Below, piece after piece: positions 11,616 through 25,660 of a DNA stretch of 64,000 nucleotides (the stretch's first letter is position 1; every line of letters begins with the position of its first letter). The stretch covers positions 38,688,001 through 38,752,000 of the forward strand of contig OZ320315.1 of the NCBI GenBank assembly GCA_976226885.1, given 5' to 3'. The DNA comes from Iphione sp. A-MEVVRFRX5 (lineage: Eukaryota). The position numbers and the translations under genes were made by a program. Under the pieces are notes generated by a model, which was not told the origin of the DNA, ran no database searches, and saw only the letters and a program-made list of their open reading frames with translations.

Positions 11616-11867
11616 ATGGCCAACCACAGCAAAATGGAACAAGCTGACGTTTGTCGCCGGCCCAAGCATAAGCAGGTCGCGCATGCGTTTGACTATCGAT
11701 CAGTTGGGTTTGCTGGTCGGTCGCTGCCGCATCGGGCGCTTTTTGAGTTTGCCACTAGACGGCGCGACAGGCAAGAGGCTGACTCTCCAATTGGAATGTT
11801 GGATTACACGTTAATGGTGGATCGGGATACGCCGCAGCATGATGTAGCAGTTGTTTTGCTCAAATAA
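11616..11867 (+). pseudogene. dUTPase-fold remnant
   Basis: PKHKQVAHAFDY is motif 1-like, and IGMLDYTLMVDRD..HDVAVVLL resembles motif 3 followed by GEI.V.L. Confidence 0.35.
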
Positions 11868-12827
11868 GATGATTTAGCCTTGTCTCTGGACCTTCTCTTG
11901 TGTATGAAATTGAAACATGATTATGCGTTAGACACACGTCGGATTCTTTCGAAAACACAATAATGTTAAATATTAAACACGGTAGTTTCACACTATCAAT
12001 GGACACCATGGTATGGACCTAAAATTACGTCCTCCTCTTTAAAATGAAATGCTGACAATCACACATCAATGTGGAATATTGAACTTTTTAAATATGGGCC
12101 GCTTACTGTAGATAAATTATATTACATAGCGCCTACCTTGGAATTAATGGGTTGAGATATCTACAAATATATATACAATTGGTAGGAAGCACTATAATTA
12201 CGAAAGAATTTGTGATTTCTCATTAGGGACAGGCACAACTTACCTCCTGTCGGACAAGTAGCCCCCTTCATAATTGAGGTTATTGTCAGACAGAACATTG
12301 TCCAGATATTGTTTGCCTATGGCTGACGTTTGCAGTCCCACAATCATAAGGATAGATCCTCTCACATGTCATAAATCCATCCAATATTTCCCCGATACCT
12401 CTGAGTGGACTGGGACAGCCTTCTTTTGAAAAATAGATATTGTCTTCTAACTCTGTGCACTTAATCTCCCATGTCAATCGCTGCCAAATGATAAAATTAC
12501 GGCAAGTGCAACATAGATGAAAACTAAATCACGTGACTACCAGCATACTTCCCCGCCTATGTCAGATGGCAGGCCAGGAAATACAAACAAAAATGATTGG
12601 CGCTAAAGAAAAGGTTAAATTTGCAGAAGACAGGCCCCCATCCTGGTTCATTGTTGGCAATACGCCTGGCCCTGTCAATCATTTAGGCAAGACACTCCTC
12701 CTACTTCTGTCGACTGTAATATAGTAGTGAAGCACTCTCTGTGCGACGATTGATATACATGTAATACATGTAATATGGAGAACGATCCTTTTCGGCGCTA
12801 GTCACAGGTTTAGACCCGAGTCTAGGA

Positions 12828-13148
12828 CCTAGCGTGTGTACTGTCTGGAGAGAGAGGCGTCAGAAGCATGTACACATAGAGGAGGAGTGGACGGTACAGG
12901 ACGCGAGGGCTACAGCAAGGGGCCTGGGTGACGACTTGGAGATACGACGATGACCTTGGGGACTGCTGCTCGTGTACCACAATATCTGCGGTCCGAAGCC
13001 GCTGCAGGTCTCGCCAGGAAGACTGATGCTCTCTGGGGGCCGCCGAGCTCGGGCTCACCACGACGTGGTCCCTGGACAGAGGCGCCGGGCGGCTGGAGAC
13101 GAGCGGAGGGGTGCGGGCGACAGTCCCCAGCAAACAGCACTACTTTAA
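12828..13148 (+). pseudogene. dUTPase-fold remnant, GC3-rich, one internal stop
   Basis: RRQKHVHIEEEWTVQDARATARGLGDDLEIRR*PWGLLLVYHNICGPKPLQVSPGRLML. The last part resembles V.L.N.G..P..I.PGDRIAQL. TGA at 12951-12953 is one change from CGA, and the 55506 frame reads DLDRRRRPW at the same place. Confidence 0.55.
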
Positions 13149-13550
13149 CTGCTCCTACTGCCGCCCATACCTCTGCTGCTGCTGCCGCTGCTGCTCACTC
13201 TGCTGCCATTGCTGCTGAACCGCGTCCTGTCGTGACCAAGGTGTGTCATCATCCTAGCTTACTTTCCCCGTGGGAGACGGGCAATGACTTTCAGTCTGAC
13301 GTGAGGAGATTATAAAACCTCTACTCTGGGCCTGGCACTGGTCAAATACGGCCGGCCAACCCCCGGCCGCATGGGAACCGGAGCTCCACCTGACACCGGA
13401 ACAATCCAAGATCCAAGGCTAACAGCAGCAGTAAACTTCCTATCGCCCGCGACACCCAAGGTTTTGATGCTCCTGACAGCATTGACCACTGTTACTCTGC
13501 CCGGTCGAGACGGCAGCCTCTCCGTCTAACCGCCGGTAGGATCGGCGACG

Positions 13551-13586
<36 letters not shown>

Positions 13587-14640
13587 GGCGCCCACGCTGT
13601 TGTAGCGTGGCCGGGGCATTCAGTCACCGTCTGCAGCTGATGACTGCAGTGGGCCGGTGCTGGAGCTGGCGTCGGACCACTGCTACTACTACCCTTCGTA
13701 CCACGCTCCCTTATAACACTCCCTACCTTCACACCAGCGCCGCTCTCCCCCCCCCCCCCGTTCTAGCCGTGCACCAATAAACCACGACAGGTTGTCGCGA
13801 GCGTGGGGCTGACGTCGGCCTGTCCCGTACGTAATAGAATTTGTCTAAATATTGCATCCGCATAGGCGAAAAGACAGGATCGTATGAGAGGTGGACTTAA
13901 ACCAAATATTGGCTTTAGGGAAGGCAGCTTCCTCAGTCTCCGAACTCATCTCTCTTGCTGGTACCAAGCAAGGACGTATCATGAATACAAATGTGAACGA
14001 CATGTATTGTTAATTAGTACAAACACGCGTGATCACATTCAAATGCATTTATAGGCAACCACACGCGTCTACCATTGTATTTGAACACACGTGCCAGCAT
14101 GCACACATGCATACACTCATGGTCCCATGTACACACATGAACGCAGATATATCAAACTGCTGAAGTAACGTGCCAAAACGTATTTGAAATTGTTTTTGAC
14201 ACATGAGGTGGAATATCGAACCAAATGTGGGGCAATTCACTATACTCTCCAGATAAAATAATAATCTGTTGTATTCCTGCTTTTGTTAATGGGGATGCTG
14301 GAACATCATGTGCTGTCTTTTTTGTATACATATATTTTTTTTCAGCAGTCATGCACAAAACAGTGACGTTAATAGGATAAATTAAGCACAGGTCCTGGTG
14401 ACCTATTCTGATCTGTATGCAGAGAACGATGATTTTTTTTTACTTGTGCATGAAAAAATGCAACGGTTTACCATAAGCGCTAAAATTGAATATGTTTCCT
14501 CGAGCCATCCTCAGAATTGTAAATCATACTGAAGAGAAAACTCGTTTAAGCTGAGCTTAGGAGGACAAATTGGAGAAAAAAAATGGACAAAGGAAGGAAG
14601 GAAGTCCCTCTCGAATACTAAAGGAGTGGAATGGTAACAC

Positions 14641-15120
14641 TTGACGAACAACTCACGTGGAACTTCCTGCAAAGCCAACAAAATGCATTTTGCTCTCGTT
14701 CCCGACGCACTGCCCAGCATTGAAGACACTTATTGGGTTGGCGATACCGCTGGTGCTCTTGAAGAGAGATGGAGACTACAAGTAGGAGACTTGACCTGCG
14801 CTCTCACGAGAAGTAAGGGGGTTCCGTCGACAAAAGTGCGCACCCATCTAGGTTCTAATGTGACAGCTGTTGTGACTACTATAGGAATCACCGCCCTCCT
14901 CACGGGAGTCTTGACCCTTCGGAAGCGCACCTAGTATCGGGCCTTTCAGTTCAAGGGGCCACTGCCTGCAGGCACCTCACCTGTGGTAACGGTAACAGTA
15001 GCTAACCAACGAGGTACCCTCCACGTGCTGGTCAGTGCCGACCTATGTATAGCATCATCTCAGCATGTAGCCCAGTGCGGCCAGTTTTTTGCACATGTTA
15101 ATCGTGCCTTTGACACGTGA
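14641..15120 (+). pseudogene. Two-domain dUTPase-fold remnant (160 codons, one internal TAG)
   Basis: WRLQVGDLTCAL is motif 4-like. After the TAG at 14932-14934 the same frame continues FKGPLPAGT...NQRGTLHVLVSADLCIASSQHVAQ, resembling betaretroviral dUTPase GPLP.GT and Y.GEI.V.VS....I..G.RIAQ. Confidence 0.55.
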
Positions 15121-15214
15121 AGCAGAATTTTAGTCACGCTATAAGCAGTCTCCATTATCGAGGGCGCTACCTGCTGAACGTTGTCCGAACTCTTACTTCC
15201 CAGAGTCTGTTCCA

Positions 15215-15678
15215 GTGATAACTTACAGTCGTCCAAGTAGTATTGGTAATACCGGCCACATTAATGCGTCTCACCAACACCTAATTTCCGACTCGCTGCA
15301 CGCATGCATTGCAGGCCAAACGCTGTGCTGGCCAACTTTGCATCTCAGTGAGGACATCAGCATGACAATGTCATCCTGCTCTAGCACGAATTTAGTGGCG
15401 TCAGCACCCCACCATGCTCCACGGGCTACCATTAGAGTATGATGATGGCCGCAAGGGTAGCTCTACGTACTGGGATGCTGTTATGCAGTTCGGGCTTCAT
15501 AAGGCGACCCTTTGGGAATAGGGCTGGACTGAAAGTGGTGCCCTCCCAGTGGGCGATAGTCATTCACTGCAAAGTCTGCAGTCGGTGGCCAACAGGTAAG
15601 CTGCAAGCCAGGATGTTGGGGAGGGGGGGGGGTGTTGGGACGGCTGGGCGGCGAATGGTTACTACCTGCTTGCAATAG
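15215..15678 (+). pseudogene. dUTPase-fold remnant (frameshift near 15440)
   Basis: LVASAPHH, then VALRTGMLLCSSGFIRRPFGNRAGLKV, resembling V.TG..I..P.GY.G.I..RSGL. Confidence 0.45.
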
Positions 15679-16020
15679 TAGCGCGCCCGTATGCATTCAA
15701 GTGCACCGTCATGTATATATCTATTATTATGAGCGGTCATGTATGTAAGCTGTACATGTATATATGCGACTTTGAACGCGCGTAAACTGCAAGCTGGCGA
15801 TCTGTCAATGTTAAAGTGTGTGCGTAAAGATTGACATTAATTCAGGTTTAGTATGTGTCGGAATTTTGATCTAACATTGGACTGAGAGCTGGAATTTGGG
15901 CCCCGCTGCTTTCGATGCAACATTCTAGACGACGAATCGATTAAATACCAGTTGAAATGAATTTCTACTCCGCGACTCTCATAGTTTAAGACCTGTCTGC
16001 CTGTCTGCTCCTGGATGTCC

Positions 16021-16045
16021 TCTCCCCTCTCTCTCTCCCTCTCTG

Positions 16046-16090
<45 letters not shown>
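16021..16090. repeat. (CT)n microsatellite
   Basis: Directly visible CT dinucleotide run. Confidence 0.97.
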
Positions 16091-16093
<3 letters not shown>

Positions 16094-18841
16094 CTTTTCT
16101 TTCTTTGTGCTGTTAACCACTGGGTGAGTATGAAGAAAGAGTTCAGTTAGTTTTCTTTTCGATATACATCAGAATTAATACATACCTTGCAGGCGAAGTC
16201 ATTCCGATACTGGGATGCTTCCCATTTTCAATCACTGCAAGTTTTTTTTTTGTTTGAAAAGCAGTGTCCTGATTTGCACTGCCGCGCTAATTGGTCTTAA
16301 CGCAAGAACTAAGGGCGCGACACTGGTTAGTTTGTAAGGTCGGCATAAGTCTGTTTATTCGGGAGTCGGGTAAATATGAGTAAAGCAGTCTGTGTGGAAA
16401 CAAGTCTAGTTTTAGTGTTCTGAATGGTTGGTTCTAATGGATATGCTCTACGCTGTCGGCTTGTAGGTGGCAATGAGATTGTCAAAGGAAACCTTGAAGA
16501 ATTAACGTTTGGTGGGTTTTTTATCATGAAATCCTTTGAGGATACAGGGATACTATTTTAATGGGATGTGTTTAAAACGACCCTCATGTACATCATCGGA
16601 GACTAATGTTCCGAGTGAAAGCTCCATGATCCATTCTTCTGATGTGCCCTGAAGTAGTGCCTCCATGTTTTCCTTCCATTCAGTTTGAAGGGTGATGGTC
16701 CCACAATAAGCCCAACAGCCTTTGTTAAATAAAAAGGTATCCTTGTCACATCTGGATACACATATTAGTGTCTATATACTATATAAACAACAGTGGAAGT
16801 AAAGGCAAATGTAAGTGTCTGTTGCATTGCATATTTATGCACTTAATGCCATTTTGGTTACGGTGAGTTGTCTTTGAGAGGTGAAGAAGTCTGCTTGGCA
16901 GGGTACAAAGGAGAAGTAGCAGGATGAATAGCGTTGCAAGAAATACCCCCTGAGAAGAGGGGCTGTGGGAAGATGATATCATGCAGAGGCTGGGTTGTCA
17001 ATACGAGCACCATCGAACGATTGACGACAAAGAAATGACTCTCACATTAAATGATAAGAATATTACTCATGCAAATCTGGAACAATGATATTCTCAAAAT
17101 GTTTCACAGTGGCCCACATATACATATAATGTATACACATTTGTTTCAAGCTATGTGAAAAGTTCTCTGCAAGAGGAGAAATAGTAGTAAAAGAAATCAA
17201 TACATGACAGCTATATGCATTGCTACCCTGTTCGCGATTTTCATTCCGTAAGACTAAGAAATAAAAGAATGTGAATTTTGGATATTAACAATAAAATTAG
17301 AAAAAAACATATGGAAGATTTTTGATTTTCTCATGCAGGCGGTTCCTTCGCAAATGGCTACCGTCGGCAGATAAGACGTCCTTGAAATGGCGACGATCTA
17401 AACCTTGAAAAGCAATAAGCATGTCAAATGTCCTGAAAGAGAGAATGCTGGGGGAAGGATTACTTCTACACATTTCACATTTCTCCAACTACACGAGATG
17501 AAACATTACATCTAATTGTCACATCAAATTTGCGGATATAGACATTCAGGTGGCATAGCGTAGTAAAAAATCTACACGTATATGAAAACCACTTTACTGG
17601 AACAATTCCATTAGTCTTCATTACTAAGTAGTAGTTCTCTGACCACAGCTTTAATTTGATCATTATCTTACTCTCCTTACACATGAGAGGCTTTAATCTT
17701 CCCACTGCTTAAAAGTCGCTTTCAATGCTAGACTTTCAACTAACCAAGAAAGCTACTTAAGAGAGTTCAAACAAATTGGGACTAGATACTGAAAAGTACA
17801 CAGTAATGGAATAGGGGGCTGTCGAATTTCACGCTATAGGGAGTGACATGCCAAATGGTCGGATCAAAGTGGCGTGATTACTAGACAAGAAAATGCCCAA
17901 TCATTCGCTGGAGCTGAAACCTTGAAAGGAATAAGCAACACATGAGCGGGTATACTGTGTAGCAACCGTTGGCTTCAGGCATAACGGGGAGGCTACGTAC
18001 TCATAAAAAAAGTGAAATGAACTGTCGGGGAGGCAAATATCAGGGAAGAATGATCTGAATCCAAAGGGTAGGTTGCGCTTTTCAAATATGAACAGTGTAC
18101 AAGAAAGCCTAGCTAAAATGTTGCAGACTTAAATCATTCGCTAAGACGACCAAATAGAAACGATCACTTTCATATTTATATTGCAGTGAGTGATATACAC
18201 AAAATCTAGTGACTAAAATGATATATAGATGTACATCTACATGTACATATATATAATACGCGTGCTTGCTTTAATGGGAGACCTCTAGTCCTTTGTATTT
18301 AAATAGTGCGACCAGAAAACACTAGGTGGCCTTGTATTTAAGTGCCATTGTTAACTGCGCACGAACACGCGATCGCGTACCATGCCTCTCATAGTCTTTG
18401 TACATATCCAGGGAGAAAAATTCGGTGAAAAATCATACTAATAAAAGACAAAATGTTTTTTTAAAAAATGATAGCAAATAGTACGTGGTAACAATATCTC
18501 GAAAGAGGAAAATTCAGAAATAACATAAGCGTCAAGTAGACATGATGTAATAAAACACGAGGTGGTTCATACAAGCCAACCTTCGATCTGTGCTCAAATT
18601 CAAAATTCAGTACATTCACAAAAAGGTGAAGTTTTATTTTCGACAGCCATGGCCGCTTTCAGGAGCGAATTTTTGTCAAGCACGATGTTTAATTTTAAAA
18701 GTCGATACCTCTTGGCTGATACACTATGGTTATCTAGCAATTCGGTTCTCTTCACTTTGGAACAAAACAAAACGAAATTCACGTTTTCGGCCTAAATTAA
18801 TGTCGAAATATAAGAACTTGTGAAGGAATAAGTCCTCTCTA

Positions 18842-19189
18842 CCTGGCTGCCACGTCATTGGCGAAGGGGCGGCTCTCCTGGTCTTGGTCGGTCTCTTTAT
18901 TCCAGCATCTGGAAAATGGGGGTCAACCCAACATGTGGTTAACTACAGGTTAGCAGCGGCCAAGGAGAATCAGATAGCTAGCACCGGAGTGACGTAGATG
19001 CCCACAGACAAGCCTGTCCTGACAGGCGCTGTCTGTCCTGGCCTTTACACCAGCCGGAAATATAGTATTGTTTCGTCTGCCTTTCGCCAACCACCCAAAG
19101 TAGGCTTCGGCGATGTAAAAAAAAAGTCAGATGGATCTTCGCTTTCTGACGTCACATATCTCTGTCTCTCTCACCCAAAGGGTAAGTAA
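18842..19189 (+). pseudogene. dUTPase-fold remnant, one internal stop
   Basis: HVIGEGAALLVLVGLFIPASGKWG...RLAAAKENQIASTGVT*MPTDKPVL aligns with [25 protein letters not shown]...GLAAK.[21 protein letters not shown]. Confidence 0.55.
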
Positions 19190-22100
19190 TTTGACGGTGG
19201 TCGCCCCCCCCGAGAAGGCATCTTTCAGAGCTTTACCCGTGATACCAAAACGTCTCGAATAATGTGCGTTTTATTGGTCAGTCGTGGGTTAGAATCACAA
19301 ATGGCCAAGACCGGAGAAATTGAGCACATATTGAGGCGTCTAGGACAAAAAAAATGAAGTATAGGAAAAGTTGAATGTGGTCGAGGTACAACGGGGTTAA
19401 ATCAGTATGAATTGGCACGAATTGTGCCAATAAGCTAGACGCCATGGTGATAGGAAGGGATTGATTCAAATTAATTGACAACAATAATAGAGGAAACTAA
19501 AGAAGGGATGGCGAAAAGACTTGAAAACCATGGGCAAATTTGACATTAATTAGATAATCACCTCAATTAACAAAAGAAGTAAGTTATTATATTAACGGAT
19601 ACTTGACATTAGCCATGGACAAAATTCTTTATCTGTGATATAAATGATACCTCAATTTTGAGTAGTTTGCCCACAACTCTTCTTTTTTTCCGACGAGGTT
19701 GACTAATGCTGACAGCTTCAGGTAAAGCCCTACTGTACAGTCACTAATGTAACTATTGTATTAAGTAGGTGACTCTTTATCTAATATATGCGGGCTGACA
19801 CAGCATGGCTTCTTGCCTTTCTACATGTAGTTCTATTTCTCTAGTTTGTAAGCAGCTATTCAACTATAATTAATTCTACAATAGAAATTGAGCTGCTGGA
19901 GTGCTACGTACAGATTGTAAAATAGTTCAGTACTTATTGAAAAGCTTTAATTATAAACGTAGAGATTGTTATTGATTTATTTGCTTACTTATGTAATTAT
20001 TGGTGAAACTATACGTCTACTCTAAAAGAAAACAACTCACCATCATAGCATTGTTAGTAGTCAGTAGGTCACAGACTCAAAGAGATGGAAGGCATATCTA
20101 GTGGAAGGTTTACTTCCTTTATTAAACACAAGGTGGCGACTACGGGCAAGGCATTGTTAGCCGCTTTGCTGCTACTCGACAGGGGGAACTTTAAAGAGTG
20201 AGTATTCGGTGCGGCAGATGTACATGTGTTGGGTGCAGCACTGCATGGGGATTTAACGTCGCCACTGGTTTAATAATGGGTCGCGTACTTCTCTGAAATG
20301 TCATCTCCAGCTAAGGATGCATTAGGTGCAAATATTGGCATTGCATACTTTCGGGGATTTTTTTTAGTAGAGAGTATCAGCTAATGAGTGGACTTCTGGT
20401 TGGTGGAGATGGAGGTGATAGGTACAGATCATGGTCTAGTACAAACCAAACAATTATTTTTTTTCCATTTTTAACATCTAAGAGGCGCAATGATATCAGT
20501 TGTCGAAACCCTCCTGCGACATGCAATTTCCTGACGTGATCGTTGTGATTTTAATAAACCGCTTCTCAATCAAAAAGGAAAAACTTATTACTTTCTTTTT
20601 ATGCAAAGCTGAGCAAAGCGTACTTAGAACGGGAAAGAAAACGCACACAAAAAGAATCTGATGCCATTATGACCAAAAATTAGGTTCCGATCGTTATTTC
20701 TTTTTTTTCATGCCCTCATCAATTGAGATCCTTAAATTAAAACTCTTCAACGTTAAAATTAGATTTTCTGCAGTTGATCTTCCCTTTTCCTCCTCATTTC
20801 TCTAAGATTTAGGCAAAATATGTGCATTGACATTTTAAAGGTATCAGACATATGCAATGGAACAGGACATTACAAGTCTTCATCATGCATTAAGTAAGGT
20901 TATTTCTCAATCAAATACCATTCCAGGAAACACAGTATCAGGTGGGTTAAGCATAGAGCTGCATGCCTGAATCAATAACGGCCAGTGATGAATTTGATTC
21001 CATAGGTAAGGTAATAGTTTGATATCCTGTATCCATATACAGATATCTGTAACATACTGAGAAGAGAAATAGGATAAGGAGAAGACGAAAACTATGAAGA
21101 GGCGGAAAGTGCCAGAAATGACTAAAAAATGTCACTACATACTCAGATGGCCTTGAAGGAATAGTTGAGTTGAAAAGAAGAGATGATAAAATAGCAGATT
21201 CCATTAGTAAACCTTCATATAATATTATAAATATAGTTTTCTACACAATGTAATGCAATTCTATTGTAAAAACACAAGTGTCCTAAGCAGTTCTACAGAG
21301 AACAAATGACCAATTACAGAGCGTTTAGTTATTTTATTCTTTATAATGCTGCTGACTATTGAACTAAACATATATAACAATACATATAGTCGAAACCGAT
21401 GGGCAATTAAGGTGCAGTATGCTCTGTCTAAATCTAATCGATGGACGAAGGTGACTAATGAAGGGACGGTGAACACTAATCCTATAAGGCATCTATACTT
21501 AACACTAGGCTTAACGCTATATATGTATGCCTTTGGGGAGTGGATATCATTTTCTTTAGCAGTGGCAAAAGAGTCTGTTAGATTTTTGTCTGTGTCTGCA
21601 TTGACATCACATAAACTGACCTCTCTTTATACAGTATAACGGGATTTTTTTTTAAATGTAGATGAGCGTTTTTTGTTCATCTCTATGTTAGGAAAGCCTA
21701 TTTTTTAAAAAAAAACTTTCATTATTTTAGCTACATCAGAGAGCAACATATCCCGCATGTGAGGCAAAATAAAAAGAGCACAGTGTCTTCACTCGTCAAC
21801 ACCATAGTAACCAACTTATCCACCCCTCTTAATCATGTCCACTAAATTATAATGAAACCCACATAACTGACTTAATCAATGTCGGTCATCATCATTCTAA
21901 TCTGAGACCAACGTGGCATCAAGGTTGGCAGAATGGATATATAATACGAGTCATTGCCTCAGGTATTTCTCACGCGTTGTAGTTAGTTTTGCACCAAGTC
22001 AAAAATTGGTGGCGGCATGCGCCTGACTAATGCGCATCCGGTGCAACCAGCGTTGGGGTTGGCCGGGGGGGGGGGTGGATCGTCGTGGCTTTCCGGCCCT

Positions 22101-22671
22101 CTCTCCCCCCCCCCCGGTGCTAGCAGCCCGCTGTTCCCTGCAGGAATATAATAATGCCGATGGCCGGAGGCAGTATGTGTTCGAGCGGGTCAGATGTCAT
22201 CAGGTTAAGACCAGCCAAATCCGGCCGGATCCGACCGATGACCCTCGGGGACGCTAACCCAACGGGTGCTCTTACAGTAGCGAGAATGCATAACATGCGT
22301 CGAAAAAGGCCATACCGATTCTAGTAGGAAGTACAGGTTGTTTAGACGGCTAAGGTTTTGCTGGGTACTGAAATAATGAACGCTTCACGATCTAGCAAAT
22401 GCCATGCAGGGGGAGAAAAGGCTTCAGGGCACCATTAAAGGCGTCGGTTAAAATTCTACACATGAGAGGCGGTAATATTCGTCAGACGTGACGTGCTTCT
22501 CACATGATTAACCTCATACACATAGATTCCGGCGCATCGAAAGACTCATTTCCTTCACGACTGCCACCACGTACGTGGTAAAAGGCACCAATGGTGGTTT
22601 TATCTTGTAGCTGATCGATACAGCATAAAATGAACGGATGCATTGACATCGGCAAATAAAAAGCGAAGTCT

Positions 22672-23273
22672 GTGAGACATAAAATGGGGCTAACGAGACA
22701 ATCACTGACCAAGGCTTCTGCATGTATCAGGAGATGTCTTTCTCGTTTGATGCAATTTCCGTCGAAGTTCTTCATCTTCAGTTCCCAGCCCACCTTTACC
22801 GCCGCACCCACCCACCTACCCTCCCTCCCTTTTGCCTGCGTTATCCCTCATACAGGAGGCGACCTGTCACATTTCGCTCTCTTCTTTATACACGCACGGC
22901 GGACACATATAACCGAGAACAGATACGTTAATGGAGGAATTTATACAGAGCACTATGTGGCCGAACGGCCGCTCAGGAAGCGCACCATCCGGTGGTATAG
23001 GGAACCCGGCCTTCGTGAATGGTTAATGGATTGCCGGTCACGTCCCTCTTGGGGGCGACCTCTAAGGCAGAAGCTAACCTTTCTACAGGTGCACATGACA
23101 ATCAACCCGCGGCTCCCTTAGCGCTGGAACACTTGTTTGAAGGAAATGTAAAGGATATACCTCAGCAATTCATCGCGGGGACTTGGATCAGGCATTCGCC
23201 GCACGGTGATCGCCTCTGTCAGACAAAAGCGAAATATCTCAAATGTTTGACCGCAATAACCTTAGAAGTGTAA
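22672..23273 (+). pseudogene. dUTPase-fold gene: 149-codon open frame plus a frameshifted continuation
   Basis: LPFACVIPH (compare LPCAIIIPEHY near 42060), FIHARR (motif 2-like) and YVNGGIYTEHYVAE (motif 3-like). The overlapping frame 23019..23273 has HGDRLCQ at 23202-23222 (motif 4, GDRIAQ). Confidence 0.55.
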
Positions 23274-24895
23274 GGAGCAGTTTTCTGAAGCCATCAACGC
23301 GTTGAAGCGGCCATTACAAATAAGCCGGATCCTTTAGCCGGGGTTTGACTCATCTTTACATTGGCACAACAAGCGTCTACCATACATTTCGATGTGGGGC
23401 CGTAGCATGTTCTCGATGCTTGCATCTCATACAGCCTCCAGCTTGAACATACGTTCTGAATGCCTTGATTGATAACCATGTTTACCGGCCCGGTCAGCCG
23501 AGAACAATGTAAGATGGCAGGTACATCAGGCCCGGGATATCGTCTACCTGCAAACCAATGCCAGTTGCCATGGCATCGACACACTTGCTCCACACGAAGA
23601 GCTGTAGGCATTGATCGTTCTCCCTGCCTGCCTCCTACACGGTCACCAACCTCCAGCCGAGAACAGCCACGGGTCCCTTGCCTTTGAAATTGGGAGTAAT
23701 TGGGACCAGGGACGAAATGCTGAGCTCAGGTGCTTTCCAGCTCAATTATAACTAAAAAGGATCCATGCCGCCTGATGGCTTTAGACACCTTGTTCATGTC
23801 GCGTGCGGCTCTGCTGGTATAAGGGGTTCCCCCTCAAGGAAGGCATGGACCACGCCTGTACCTGCTCTTACTGGCGTGTTAGGGTGATGATATCACGAAA
23901 GTTCAGCCTTTTCTAGCCGTTAGCCGAGTACATGTATATGTATCTAAGGTCTGCATGATGACCCTGCTTGCCCAGTGCCTCACAAGGAGTCAAAATCAAC
24001 ATTTCAGTTATTTGTAAGAAAACCCCTATTCGGATGGAAATTCTCATCACATTAAAAAAAATCGAGAAGTACATGTACGTGTATTACAATGACCGTTTTC
24101 ATAATTATGTGTAGGACGTTTACGTATATGTTATCCTGAAAGATTTACCACTGCAAAGCCGTGTATATAATGGAGATCAGCTCGTACAGACTGCCAGTAT
24201 CTGCAGGTGCTCTTAGCAGATGAGGGGTATTAACGATTAGAGCTCATTCTTCCCGTGTGGCACGAGATCAGAAAGGATGCCGCAAGCGGTGTGCCACAGC
24301 TGACACGAACGATCAGACTCCTGTCTGCCTGCCTGAACTCATCTTACCCCTCTACCCTTCCTCCAGCTATCTCGGTCCTGTAAGAACTGTGTATTCTTGT
24401 CTCTGTCCATCTGTCTGTCTATCCGACGGTCTTCTGCATAATGCCTTTGCAAGAAGTACCTGTCTTTGGAGACGTGGCACCGAACCGGGGACGGGAGGGA
24501 GGGGACATGTTATTCCTTAGCAGGGTCAAAAATTAATATTAATTGTACACTCACGTTTCATAATCGCCGCAGTCGAGGAACCTACTGACAGGCATCGTAA
24601 CTCTTGACAGGTGGGCAATGACAAATACCAGGTTGAGGTAGCTGACGATCTACAAAGTGCAATTTCGAGAATACCTCTGTCTGGTCCCACGTTCATTTGT
24701 AAAATGAGTGCAACAATGAACTGTTATTTTCTGGCTTTATACAAGGGGCGCTCACTTGGGCCACATTTGCCCAATTTGTAACACAGTTTGAATGTGCATT
24801 ATCGATCGTATGGCGAATCGCCGACGGAGGCGATTAAACAGAAATGTTAATAAAAGGTTAAAAAATACGAAGAGCAACAGAAAACCAATACAAAG

Positions 24896-25096
24896 TTGCC
24901 ATGGACGATCATTTGGTCAATTAGGCTGTTTCTTTTAGCACTCCCACAACAGGAGGCTGTAATTAGGTTAATGGCACGAAATGCACGGACAGTCTCCTGC
25001 CAGCATCATCGGTCAGTTCCTGGTCGCAGGAACATCACACCCCCAGACAGACTCACTGGCATTTATTTTCCTTTGCAAAGTACTATACCTAGATAA
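24896..25096 (+). pseudogene. dUTPase-fold remnant
   Basis: FLLALPQQEAVIRLMARNA, then NITPPDRLTGIYF (motif 4-like). Confidence 0.35.
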
Positions 25097-25475
25097 GACA
25101 ACTTTCAACTGAAAGGCTAACGTGTGATAAAAATAATCTCGGCATCTTTATAGTCAATTCCGAACTGACAAGCACTATCTTCGTATTGTTAGGCGACACA
25201 CTGCCGGGTAGACATGGGCAAAAATAGATCATTGGTAGCTGCCACCTTTTCGGACAAGTGCAATTGACGGCCACTGGTTACATTAGAAGCTGGAAGTGGA
25301 CTCAAAACTCCCAATCTAATCCATATCACACCAGATGTAGAGTTTATCGTTGACTTCCAGGCACATTACTGACCCCATGCGATTTGTGGAGGAGCTGCTC
25401 GTGCGCATATCAATGCAAAACGCTCCTCAGAGAAGGTGGGGGAGGGGGAATAATGGAAAGTTCGTAGTCGATTGA

Positions 25476-25660
25476 GGAACTGCGCTACCACCGGATCGTA
25501 TCTCTACGGTGCTCATTATTGCGGTGGGTGGCGGCAGGCGTTCAGCTGATGAGATACGCGGGCTACAAATGACATCACCTCCCCCCACCCAGACCAAATA
25601 TTGCCTCATCGTGCATGCCATGGACCGGCGAACACATGCAGGCGGCGCCGTGCCATTATC
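25476..25660 (+). pseudogene. dUTPase-fold remnant (motif 4 region)
   Basis: GTALPPDRISTVLII; PPDR[IL] is shared with the 24896 frame. Confidence 0.3.

Noticed and set aside
16300-16760. Protein-like reading on both strands (minus: WKENMEALLQG...YPCILKGF; plus: GISLFIRESG...SVLNG)
   Set aside because: Multiple stops and no family or strand assignable with confidence.
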